IMG/VR virus record: IMGVR_UViG_3300037851_000814
Span: 1 to 47,975 of that record
Source of the DNA: a virus
Taxonomy: Duplodnaviria; Caudoviricetes
Length of the DNA: 47,975 nucleotides
Direction: 5' to 3' (one strand)
Below are positions 18,666 to 26,561 of the stretch, piece by piece; within the stretch, counting starts at the first letter, position 1, and every line of letters begins with the position of its first letter. The notes beneath the pieces were generated by a model. It made no database searches and was not told the origin of the DNA. It worked only from the letters and a program-made list of their open reading frames with translations. Position numbers and translations under genes: made by a program.

Positions 18666-20066
18666 ATTGGCCATTACGGCGGCAGTCGCGGCCCATCGGC
18701 GACCACGGAACCCGCCAATCCGGAAACCCTCGGTTGGCGGCTGCCGGTCACCAGACGATCCGCCAACCCGCCGGTCGCCGTGTCCTGCGGCCGGTGGCAG
18801 GTGGTCCTGCCGTGCGCCGGTCTGTTCGCCGGCGAGGGCGCCAAACTGGGGTTGCCAGCGGAAGCGGCGCTGCCGGGGTTGAAGGACCCCTTTGCCGTAC
18901 CCGCCGACCGTGCCGTGATCGACGCCCGCCGGCAGGAGATCGCGGCCCTGGGGGTCGCGGTCGACCGGGTCACCGCCGATTGGGAACGCCGGCTGGCCTT
19001 CGCCCAAGCCTGGGCGAAGGCCCGGCTGGATGAGGCGAATGCCCCGGCGGCCACCTCCCCTCGGCTCTCGACCCTGCAGGCCTTGCGGCTGGCGGAGCGC
19101 ATCGGCGACACCTTCCGCATCGGCTTGGCCCGCAGACGGCTTGCGGCCCGGGAGGAACCGTCGCCGGCCACCCCCGTCGTCCTCTCGTTCGAGAATCTCG
19201 CGTTGGCGCCGGCGGTGGCACGGCTCGCCGAGGCGACCGGGACGCGGATCGTCTTCGCCAACGGCGCCCTCGAAGACGCCCTCGCCTTCACCGGCACCTC
19301 GCAGATCGTGATACCCTGGTTCGATCTGAACGGAGAACCGCTCGGCCAGGCGTTGTCGCTCCTCTGTTTGCCCGGCGCCTTGACCTGGCGGCAGGAGGCC
19401 GATGGCATCGTCCGGATCATCAGTCCCGATCGCGAACCCGGCGGTTGCGGGGTGCTGGCGATCGGCGATCTCACCTCGCCGTTGCCGGAGGAGTTGGCCG
19501 GATCGCTGCCCGAGGTGACGGCGATCCTCGATGTCGCGGCCGACCTGGAGGCGGCACTCGGTCTGCCGCCGCTGGGTGAGCAGGCGCCGACCGACCGGGC
19601 CTTCGTCGCGAGTCCCGGTGTCTTGCTGGTCCCCGCCGCGCAGTGGGCCGCGGTCACCGACCGGCTGGCGCGTTTGCGTGATGGTGGCGACGCCGATGCC
19701 CGGGCGGTCCGTTTCGCCCGGCGGGCGGCGGCCCGGCGCGACCAGCCCGCCGTCCAGACCCGGACCGGCGATCTGCTGTGGGCCTTGCAGACGGCGGACA
19801 CCGCCGTCTGGCGTCTGGCGGCGGAGCGTCGCGGCGGACTCGCCGATCCGGCGGCGAGCGCGGCGGTGCGCGCCGCGCTCGCCGTGCCGCGCTGGGCCGA
19901 GGCCGGACCCGCGGGAGCGCGACTCGCCGCCCGGCTGCGCTGGGCGCTCGCCGGTGAGGCGGGCGGGTTCGCCGATCTGCTGGCCGGGCAGCCGCCCGCC
20001 AGCGAGGGGGATCCGGTGGTGGCGGCCTACGCCGTCCTCGCCGGCACCTGCGTCGGTCCGGTGCCG
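18666..20066 (+). pseudogene. Out-of-frame downstream fragment of probably the same host gene (secretin-N/STN-like segment)
   Basis: Different frame from the vWA part, no credible start. VVLSFENLALAPAVARLAEATG...PLGQALSLL pattern. Runs into the G-rich microsatellite. Confidence 0.55.
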
Positions 20067-20557
20067 GGCGGGGGCGGGGGCGGGGACTGGGACTGGGACT
20101 GGGACTGGGACTGGGACTGGGCGGAGACCCAGTTCAGGATCCCGGCGAGGTCTGGGTGGGCGGGGACTGCGAGCGAGGGGAGCGAGGGGACCGATCGTCT
20201 CCTCCCCCCTCCCTCCCTGCTCGATTTTTGAGCAGTTGCTTCATCATCGCGCACTTGCTCAGTTTTTGAGCGATCAGACACCTCGATCGACACCTGAGCT
20301 GGCCCCAGGCCCAGGAGTAGGGCGGCGGCATCGAGCAGGGCATCAGCTGCGTCGAGGCTGGGGAGTGCGCGGCGGTGGATGATCCGCCACAAATAGACGC
20401 GGCTCAGCCCCGCCACCGCCGCCCACCGCGACACCGGCACCCCTCCCTCCCGCAGTCGGGAATCGAGGCGGCGGAGCAGTCGCCTGACCGCGACCTCGAT
20501 CGGTCCAGCGGGTCGGGTGGGGGGTCCAGAGGACCAGGTTTTTCTTTTGCGCGGCAC
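20027..20557 (-). CDS. XRE/Cro-type HTH regulator with low-complexity tail
   Basis: VSRWAAVAGLSRVYLWRIIHRRALPSLDAADALL is a classic XRE HTH. Leaderless GTG 7 nt after TAGTCT. Confidence 0.7.
   Translation of the reverse strand: MPRKRKTWSSGPPTRPAGPIEVAVRRLLRRLDSRLREGGVPVSRWAAVAGLSRVYLWRIIHRRALPSLDAADALLDAAALLLGLGPAQVSIEVSDRSKTEQVRDDEATAQKSSREGGGRRRSVPSLPSLAVPAHPDLAGILNWVSAQSQSQSQSQSQSPPPPPPGTGPTQVPARTA
20066..20121 (+). repeat. G-rich microsatellite: (GGGGGC)~3 then (GGGACT)x6
   Basis: Six perfect GGGACT units at 20083-20118, read directly. Confidence 0.9.
20218..20272. repeat. Pair of 17-bp near-palindromic sites TGCTC-nn-TTTTT-GAGC(A/G)
   Basis: Copies at 20218-20234 and 20256-20272. Confidence 0.6.
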
Positions 20558-20640
20558 AGCTAAGAGACTACTATCACAAGGGTTATGTCAACCGAAAAAA
20601 AACCACTTGACATATCCGTGACACAGATACACTCTCCTCC
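20558..20640. promoter_or_regulatory. Divergent sigma70-like promoter pair with inverted repeat
   Basis: TATGTCAA (20584-91), 15 nt including an A-tract, TTGACATA (20607-14). TTGACA-N15-TAGTCT on the minus strand and TTGACA-N15-TACACT on the plus strand. Confidence 0.7.
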
Positions 20641-20660
20641 GTCAATAGGATCTCACCGCT

Positions 20661-21587
20661 ATGGCTGACAAACAACTCCTCATCGCTCTCCTGCGCCTTC
20701 AGGATCCTTGGTATATTGCCAGTATTGATGTCGACATAGCCAACGAAGAGGCTCATGTTCGGGTGAGCCATCATCATGGCCGACTTCCGTGCCCTACATG
20801 CGGCAAACCCTGCTTGGTCGAAGATCACGGGGTTGAGCGCGTCATCCGCCATCTGGATCTGTGGCAGGCCAAGACCTATATCCACGTGTGCCCTCCGCGA
20901 ACTCGCTGTCCGGAGCATGGCGTCCTGCGGGTTGTTCTGCCATTCGCTGAACCGGGTAGCCGATTCACCATGGCCTTTGAAGAACGGACAATCGCAACCA
21001 TTCTCGCCTGCCAGACCGTCCAAGGCGCCAGTGATTTGCTTCGCATCTCGTGGGAAGAGGCGCGCGGTATCATGGAGCGTGCTGTCACGCGCGGCTTGTC
21101 CCGTCGTGAAGCAGAGGTTATCCGTTACCTCGGCGTCGATGAGAAGGCGATCCGCAAGGGGCATCGCTATGTGACCATTCTGACCGACCTGGAAGGTCGG
21201 CGCATCTTGGAGGTGACCCCGGAGCGGACCCAGGCAAGCCTGATCAGGGCCCTCGGAAGCTTGGATAAACGTCAAATCAAGGGTGTTGAGGCAGTCTCGA
21301 TGGATATGTGGGAGCCCTATCGGTCCGCCATGGACGCGAGTTTTCCCATTCCGCGCCCGGCCGTGGTCCATGATCGCTTCCACATCATCAGCCATGCCAA
21401 TGCAGCCCTCAACGACGTGCGCAAGGAAGAGGCGCGAGCCTTGGCCAAAGAGGGAAGATCGGATCTGGTCGGCATGCGCCAAGCGATTCTGTTCGGAGAG
21501 GAGAATCTTCCGGAAAGGCATGAGCCCAGCATTGCCGCCCTCAAGGCCAGTGACCTGCGCACCGCCAAGGGTGGAGGGCGGCCATGA
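20661..21587 (+). pseudogene. C-terminally truncated ISL3-family transposase (308 aa); no IS ends seen
   Basis: CPTCG zinc finger, RHLD, LPFAEPGSRFT, LGVDEKAIRKGHRYVT, SMDMWEPY, DRFHI. Ends at LRTAK, before the region carrying the last catalytic Glu. Lower GC than its flanks. Confidence 0.9.
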
Positions 21588-22195
21588 GCCTCCGCCGGCA
21601 CCTCCGGAGGGTATGCGCAGTACCCACCCCGGCCCGCACCACCCCGGCCCGCACCACCCCGCCGGAGCCTCCTGAGGCTCCGCCGGAGGTGGTGGAGTCT
21701 TTGGCGGCAGCCCTGCGGGCGGCCTACCCTGACGCCCCCGCCATCACGGCGATGGCCCGCCTGGGCCTCCGCCGGGCGGGGCGGCAGGGCCTCGTCGGCG
21801 AGGCCCTCCTCCAGGCGGCGAGGGACCTCGCCGCCGAGGAAATCCAGCGCGTGGCGGCAGAGTGTGCCGCCGAGCAGGCGCTCGCGGACCGCGTCGCCGC
21901 GGCCCGCGAGCGGGCAGCGGCGGTCCTGGCCGCCTCCGGACGCGCGGACGTGGAGGTGCTCGTCCGCCACCCCGCCATGCCGGGGGAGGGGGTGCGGCTG
22001 GAGGTGGCCGAGGCCGCCACCGACGAGGAGCTCGCCCGGCTCCTCGTCGAGGCCGCCGAGAGCCAGCGGCGGTACCTCGCCTCCCTCCGCAGCCTCTCGG
22101 AGGCTGCGGAAAAGACCCCGCTCGGCCAGGCGCTGGCCGATCGGTCTGACCCCCCCGCTGGTAGCGCCGGGGACATGGCGCTACCCCACACCTAG
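21584..22195 (+). CDS. Hypothetical Ala-rich helical protein (203 aa)
   Basis: GGAGG SD. Internal 15-bp tandem repeat (TPART) at ~21626-21660. Confidence 0.55.
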   Translation: MSLRRHLRRVCAVPTPARTTPARTTPPEPPEAPPEVVESLAAALRAAYPDAPAITAMARLGLRRAGRQGLVGEALLQAARDLAAEEIQRVAAECAAEQALADRVAAARERAAAVLAASGRADVEVLVRHPAMPGEGVRLEVAEAATDEELARLLVEAAESQRRYLASLRSLSEAAEKTPLGQALADRSDPPAGSAGDMALPHT

Positions 22196-22240
22196 GCGAC
22201 GCCGGCCGCCCAACCCGTCCGGCAGAGGAGCAGGGCCATG
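22196..22240 (+). repeat. Cassette leader repeat A (GCGACGCCGGCCGCCCAACC...CGTCCGGCAGAGGAGCAG-ATG)
   Basis: Near-identical to 22613-22661. Contains the SD. Confidence 0.85.
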
Positions 22241-22552
22241 AGCATCAACAATCCAACCCTTCGGGCCTCCATCGAGGGGGCCGAATACATGCCCGGCGGC
22301 TGGGCGACCGGCACCGGGGATCGCCGGGACTGCATCCGAGTCCCCCACCCCCTGGACTGCGGGGCAGTCCAGGAGGCCGGCGACCCCCCGCCATGCTGGG
22401 GGGACTGGGCCCCAGAGCTCATCGAGCTCCGCGACCAGGAGCTCATCGCCCGGCTCGCCCCGGGGCGGAGGATCCTGGAGGGCGACCTCCAGGATGACGG
22501 CGAGTACCTCGTCCTGGAGGACCTGGAGGACGAGGACGAGGACGTCCCCTGA
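22238..22552 (+). CDS. Small acidic hypothetical protein (104 aa)
   Basis: GAGGAG SD. Ends EDLEDEDEDVP. Confidence 0.7.
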   Translation: MSINNPTLRASIEGAEYMPGGWATGTGDRRDCIRVPHPLDCGAVQEAGDPPPCWGDWAPELIELRDQELIARLAPGRRILEGDLQDDGEYLVLEDLEDEDEDVP

Positions 22553-22661
22553 CCCCGACCCGTCCCCCGCATGCGTGCGGGGGCACGGCCGTGGCCAGCA
22601 CCAGGCCCGAGGGCGACGCCGGCCGCCCAACCAACCCCGTCCGGCAGAGGAGCAGTCCATG
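22549..22661 (+). repeat. Cassette leader B: GC hairpin plus leader repeat
   Basis: CCCCCGCA-tgcg-TGCGGGGG at 22564-22583 is shared with 22895-22914. The 3' half is shared with 22196-22240. Confidence 0.85.
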
Positions 22662-22889
22662 AACAAGCGGCGCTACGCCTTTGCCGTCATCGACGGCAAC
22701 CAGGCGCCAGATCAGACACTCCCAGCAGAGTCCTGCCACCTCACCTACGAGGCGGCACGCCGTGCCGCCGCCGCCGAGAACCGCAGGGACCCCAACGGTC
22801 ACTACTATGTGATCGAATGGTCAGCGACTCGCTGGGCGCGTCTGAGGCCCAACGGGGCCCACTACCCACTGAGTGGGTATCCTCGCTGA
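22659..22889 (+). CDS. Small hypothetical protein (76 aa, MNKRRYAFAVIDG...)
   Basis: GAGGAG SD inside the repeat. 3' part of ORF 22494..22889. Confidence 0.7.
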   Translation: MNKRRYAFAVIDGNQAPDQTLPAESCHLTYEAARRAAAAENRRDPNGHYYVIEWSATRWARLRPNGAHYPLSGYPR

Positions 22890-22947
22890 CCCGTCCCCCG
22901 CACGCGTGCGGGGGCACGGCCGAGGCCAGACACCACTGACCCCGACC
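22886..22947 (+). repeat. Cassette leader C: hairpin repeat copy
   Basis: GACCCGTCCCCCGCACGCGTGCGGGGGCACGGCCGAGGCCAG, containing a perfect 20-bp palindrome at 22895-22914. Confidence 0.85.
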
Positions 22948-23064
22948 GGCCGCCTGGCTCTCCTCCAGGCGCGATGGACGCAGGCTGGTACCCTGCCGCC
23001 GACGATCCCCCCCGGCTCCGGTCGCCGGGGGGAGGAGGCGATCCCCCCCACACAGGAGTCACCC

Positions 23065-23238
23065 ATGTCCATCGCAGTCCTGATCACCACCTACGCGGCG
23101 ACGATATCCGCCGCAGCCGGCATTTGTTACGGACTGCCACCATGGCCTTGCATCCTGCTGATGCTGCTGTCGGTAATCGTTGGTGTTTTCAATCATTTCG
23201 CGACGACCTGCGGCACCTACGATGCCGCGGGAGAGTGA
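23065..23238 (+). CDS. Small membrane protein (57 aa, two hydrophobic segments)
   Basis: AGGAG SD after a GC hairpin at ~23005-23032. Confidence 0.55.
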   Translation: MSIAVLITTYAATISAAAGICYGLPPWPCILLMLLSVIVGVFNHFATTCGTYDAAGE

Positions 23239-23241
23239 CCC

Positions 23242-23439
23242 GTGTACAGCCCTCGCTACATCGTCGCGGACCCCCACGGCCAGCAGATCGGCGGGGCCGA
23301 CACCGCCGCAGCCGCCATCCGCCTGGAGGAGGAGGTCGGCGGGATGATCGTTGACACCTGGGCCGATCTCGCCGATGCCAACGAGCTGGACGCCGAGGAT
23401 GATGAGGCCCGCGCCGACGAGTATTTCGATGTCCCGTGA
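23242..23439 (+). CDS. Small acidic hypothetical protein (65 aa)
   Basis: GGAG SD. Ends DAEDDEARADEYFDVP. Confidence 0.6.
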   Translation: MYSPRYIVADPHGQQIGGADTAAAAIRLEEEVGGMIVDTWADLADANELDAEDDEARADEYFDVP

Positions 23440-23653
23440 GGCGAGCGAAGCACCTACGGGGCGCATAGTGCGGCCAAGGGCAGCCGCCCCGCCGGCCGAT
23501 CCGGTAGCAGGAGTTCCGGCGATCCCTGGTCTCATGCTGGATGTCGCCTCCGACCTGGCAGAATGGGCAACCGATTGGCAAGACCTGGACGCTGATGTCC
23601 AGGCCGACATCATCGATTCGACCATCAGCGCAACACGAAAGGGCAAAACATGA
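23429..23653 (+). CDS. Small hypothetical protein (~74 aa)
   Basis: Fills the operon gap and has an ATGA overlap with the next gene. Start uncertain. Confidence 0.4.
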   Translation: MSREASEAPTGRIVRPRAAAPPADPVAGVPAIPGLMLDVASDLAEWATDWQDLDADVQADIIDSTISATRKGKT

Positions 23654-23919
23654 GCGCACAAGCCACACCCAAGGGCAGCAAACGCCGCGGCCGACCACCG
23701 CTCGGTGATGACCGCCGGCGCATCCACCTACCGGCCCGCGTACTGCCTGCAACCAGGGCAGCAGTGGACGACCTTGCGAGCCAGTTGCAAACGACTCGTG
23801 GCCGGGTGATCGATATGCTGGTCGAAGCAAATAGGTGTCCGGTTCGCAGCACATCATGCCTCCACCGTCGTCAGGTCGTCAATGGTGCAATCGAGGGCGC
23901 GGGCGATCCCGCGCAGTAG
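23650..23919 (+). CDS. Ribbon-helix-helix/CopG-like regulator (89 aa)
   Basis: KRRGRPPLG followed by strand-helix-helix (IHLPARV...AAVDDLASQLQTTRGRVIDMLV). Confidence 0.6.
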   Translation: MSAQATPKGSKRRGRPPLGDDRRRIHLPARVLPATRAAVDDLASQLQTTRGRVIDMLVEANRCPVRSTSCLHRRQVVNGAIEGAGDPAQ

Positions 23920-24111
23920 GAGCAGGGAGCAATAGCCGCGTTCATAGGCCCGACAGATGGACCCGAGCGAATACAACCCGCGGGATTTCCCGGTCACCCT
24001 GGAAACTGCCACCGCGAGTGTTACGGCCGGATCCTGGCAACCTGGCCATTTTTTCGCACAGCGGCGTTGGATGTTGTCGCGGAGAACCGCGTCGAGTGGG
24101 TGGGTGGTCAT
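23854..24111 (-). CDS. XRE-like HTH protein (85 aa)
   Basis: YERG...LLLRGIARALDCTIDDL C-terminal XRE signature. Confidence 0.65.
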   Translation of the reverse strand: MTTHPLDAVLRDNIQRRCAKKWPGCQDPAVTLAVAVSRVTGKSRGLYSLGSICRAYERGYCSLLLLRGIARALDCTIDDLTTVEA

Positions 24112-24443
24112 GGGTCATCCAGTCCGACCACCTCGATCATTTTTGCCCATCCGTGATAGGTGTCGGGTCGGCGATCCTCATTGAGGTTGATTATTTCCTC
24201 CCTGATCCTGTCCCATGCTTCGGTGGCATCGGCCAGGTCAGGATGGTTTCGGGCGACATCGAACCCCAGCAGGAATGCCGCCCGGAAGGCGTCTTCGATT
24301 TCGTTTGAGCCGCGGTAGCGCTTCATGGCTTTTTCGCGGGGCCAAGGCGGCGGATCCTTTTTGCAGACATCAGGCCAGAGGTGCCGGGCCTGCCGCCCGA
24401 GTTCGGACAGCGACCATTCCCTAATGGGTAGTAGTTTCTTCAT
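24108..24443 (-). CDS. Hypothetical protein (111 aa)
   Basis: GGGAGA SD, ATGA overlap with the next gene. Confidence 0.65.
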   Translation of the reverse strand: MKKLLPIREWSLSELGRQARHLWPDVCKKDPPPWPREKAMKRYRGSNEIEDAFRAAFLLGFDVARNHPDLADATEAWDRIREEIINLNEDRRPDTYHGWAKMIEVVGLDDP

Positions 24444-24584
24444 GGTTTTTCTCCCTGTTTTTCGTTCGCCTTAGATCCACCCGCGCACCGAGCACCAGTC
24501 CAGCGCCCACGCCCGGTCGCCCGGTGCGCGGAGGATCGCGGCCACCGTATATCGGGCGGTTGTCTGCGGTCCACTTGTAGTACC

Positions 24585-24773
24585 TCATTGATTTATATAT
24601 TTCCGATACATCCGTTCGAGGACGGTCGCCTGCCGCTCGGTAGGCACCCAGGTCGGCCTATTCTCCGCGCATTTCAACAGTGAATCGAGGAAGTCAGCCT
24701 CCCAATCGGTGACCTGACGGTCCATGTTGTCGAGGTCGTCCAACATGGATATGGCTTCGTTGTGCGTCAGCAC
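24585..24773 (-). CDS. Hypothetical protein (62 aa; TDWEADFLDSL...TERQ)
   Basis: Motif common in small phage proteins. AAGGAG SD. Confidence 0.65.
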   Translation of the reverse strand: MLTHNEAISMLDDLDNMDRQVTDWEADFLDSLLKCAENRPTWVPTERQATVLERMYRKYINQ

Positions 24774-25231
24774 TGCTTCGCTCCTTTGATCAGGTCCATG
24801 GCATCATCGGCCAATGCCTTGGCGTCGGCGAGGGTGATGGCCATGGATATTTCCGTGAGTAGTGACTTGAGCATGTCGATCCGATGTTTGGAACGGAACA
24901 TGACTTCATAGCCGGCTGGAATAGCGGAGACCTGACCGGCGGGCCACAACCGGCGGAGGTGACGCCCCTTCACCCGACACCTCGGACCACCCTTCACCTC
25001 TACCACCGAACCTTCGCGGATGAGTTGCGAGATCGCAGGCCGGTACGAGTTCACCGCTTCGGTGTTCGCCAACAGACCCATGGAGACCAGCATCTCCGCC
25101 ACCTCGCAATCGGTTGGCGGGTTGCTGACTGCATCCAGGAGGTGGGCGATCTGTTCCTTCCTGGGCTTGTCATCGATGGAGTCGTTCTCCAGACTGTTTT
25201 CGTGCATCTGGTGGTCCAGGTGTTCGATCAT
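24767..25231 (-). CDS. Winged-HTH protein (~154 aa)
   Basis: PTDCEVAEML...NSYRPAISQLIREGSVVE. ATG 25231 overlaps the rep stop. Confidence 0.6.
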   Translation of the reverse strand: MIEHLDHQMHENSLENDSIDDKPRKEQIAHLLDAVSNPPTDCEVAEMLVSMGLLANTEAVNSYRPAISQLIREGSVVEVKGGPRCRVKGRHLRRLWPAGQVSAIPAGYEVMFRSKHRIDMLKSLLTEISMAITLADAKALADDAMDLIKGAKQC

Positions 25232-26010
25232 TGGGTCGTCCTTTTCGCGAGGTGGATCTTTTGCATCGCCTCCGTCAGGTCTGACAGACATACCCGTGGT
25301 CGCATGCCCTTTGACCTCCGATAGGCGCGGCACTTGGCAACTGCATCCGCAATCAGTCGGTGGTCGTAGTTGTCGAGCAACACCCGCCAACTCTCCTCCT
25401 CCCTGTCTGGGATGTGGCATTGGAGCCGCAGACATGCTACTGTAAGTTTTCTCCCGTTCACATTATCATTGGGCGGTGGTGGTGGTGGCTTGCCGGATGC
25501 CACCGTACTGCCAGCAGCATCCGCCTCCCTAATATTATATTCTTCTATTCTTATATGTTTCGTCCCGGATGGTGTCCCGGATGGTGTCCCGGATAACGTC
25601 CCATTTTTTTCTTCGTCGGATTGGTAAGTGTCCCATTTACAAATAGTTATGATTGAATAATGGTGTCCCGGATGGTGTCCCGGATGGTGTCCCGGATGGT
25701 GTCCCAACCCATACCGAATCGTTCCAAGATTCACAAGTTGTTGTAACTTACGATGAAGACTTGATTTAGGTTGTCCCAACCTATCCGACCACCGCCTCAC
25801 ACCGAACACCAGTTGCCCAGGTTGTAACACAACTTCACAAATCGACCGCCCAGACTTCACTGTGACCGTGCGCCGTTCCCAGGTGGCTTCCATTAGCAGT
25901 CCGCACCACAGTTGCCACATCAGTGGGTCGGCGAAGATCGGCCCATCGATAGCCTTCCGCCAGAGGCGGAGGTATCCGCGGCCGGCCCCGGTGGTGCGGT
26001 TGCCGGCCAT
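25228..26010 (-). CDS. Replication initiator / replisome organiser (~260 aa)
   Basis: GYLRLWRK...WQLWCGLLMEA...LQPGQLVFG...SIITICKWDTYQ is typical of lambdoid initiator N-termini. Internal iterons. Confidence 0.8.
   Translation of the reverse strand: MAGNRTTGAGRGYLRLWRKAIDGPIFADPLMWQLWCGLLMEATWERRTVTVKSGRSICEVVLQPGQLVFGVRRWSDRLGQPKSSLHRKLQQLVNLGTIRYGLGHHPGHHPGHHPGHHYSIITICKWDTYQSDEEKNGTLSGTPSGTPSGTKHIRIEEYNIREADAAGSTVASGKPPPPPPNDNVNGRKLTVACLRLQCHIPDREEESWRVLLDNYDHRLIADAVAKCRAYRRSKGMRPRVCLSDLTEAMQKIHLAKRTTQ
25520..25780. other. Putative replication origin: 12-bp iterons (ATGGTGTCCCGG) in two clusters with AT-rich DNA
   Basis: About 3 copies at 25562-25603 and about 4 at 25660-25706, plus partial copies at ~25628 and ~25771. 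One of the most AT-rich stretches in the window. Confidence 0.8.
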
Positions 26011-26561
26011 CACCGGGGCCTGTTCATGCGGATGATGTTCTTGCCGTGGCGGGAAATCGTCGGCAGGGGTGCGGGCGCCTTTGGCGAGGTGGTCATGGAA
26101 TCCCGTCGGGCTGATTGTATCCGCGCTACCAGACGCCGTTGCTCGTCTGACCACAGGTATTCATCAGCGTCCCAAATGTAAATGTGGACACGCTCGGGAA
26201 GTCCCCGTGCAATGCGCCCCTGTTCGTAGGAGGTCATGCACCACATTGGGTCGTCAGACCACAAAACACCAGCTTCTTGCAGGCAATCCTGGAGCGGTTT
26301 CAGTCCACCGACCATATTGTCGGTGTCGATCCGGTGGCAACGCAGCACCTCGTAATGGACCCGGCGTGGCAGGGGCAACAGTTCCTTGTTGGGCATGTTC
26401 TGTGGCAGGTTGAGTTGCCCGCGCACCTGGGCCAGCAGCATTTTTTTGGTCCTGGCCATGGTCGCCCAATGCATTCGTATGATGTGGTTCAACGAGAAGC
26501 ATTTCCAGAGTATGGTCAGGACCATCGGTCGCTTCCGATCACGGATGTCCATGGTGACCAT
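26010..26561 (-). CDS. RusA-like Holliday junction resolvase
   Basis: SLNH...HW, IDTDNMVGGLKPLQDCLQEAGVLWSDD acidic motif. Confidence 0.75.
   Translation of the reverse strand: MVTMDIRDRKRPMVLTILWKCFSLNHIIRMHWATMARTKKMLLAQVRGQLNLPQNMPNKELLPLPRRVHYEVLRCHRIDTDNMVGGLKPLQDCLQEAGVLWSDDPMWCMTSYEQGRIARGLPERVHIYIWDADEYLWSDEQRRLVARIQSARRDSMTTSPKAPAPLPTISRHGKNIIRMNRPR

Noticed and set aside
18594-18882. Programmed frameshift joining the two VIT-region ORFs
   Set aside because: No slippery sequence seen, and the expected post-vWA region is missing. A deletion fits better.
20083-20118. Functional (DW)6 protein repeat
   Set aside because: It lies at the end of a start-less fragment and is a by-product of the DNA microsatellite.
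20661-21587. Active IS, or Mu-like transposable phage
   Set aside because: The transposase is truncated, no IS ends are seen, and there is no MuA/MuB or Mu-type gene order.
22549-22947. CRISPR mini-array
   Set aside because: Only two copies, ~330 bp apart, enclosing an SD-led ORF. No spacer-sized periodicity and no cas genes.
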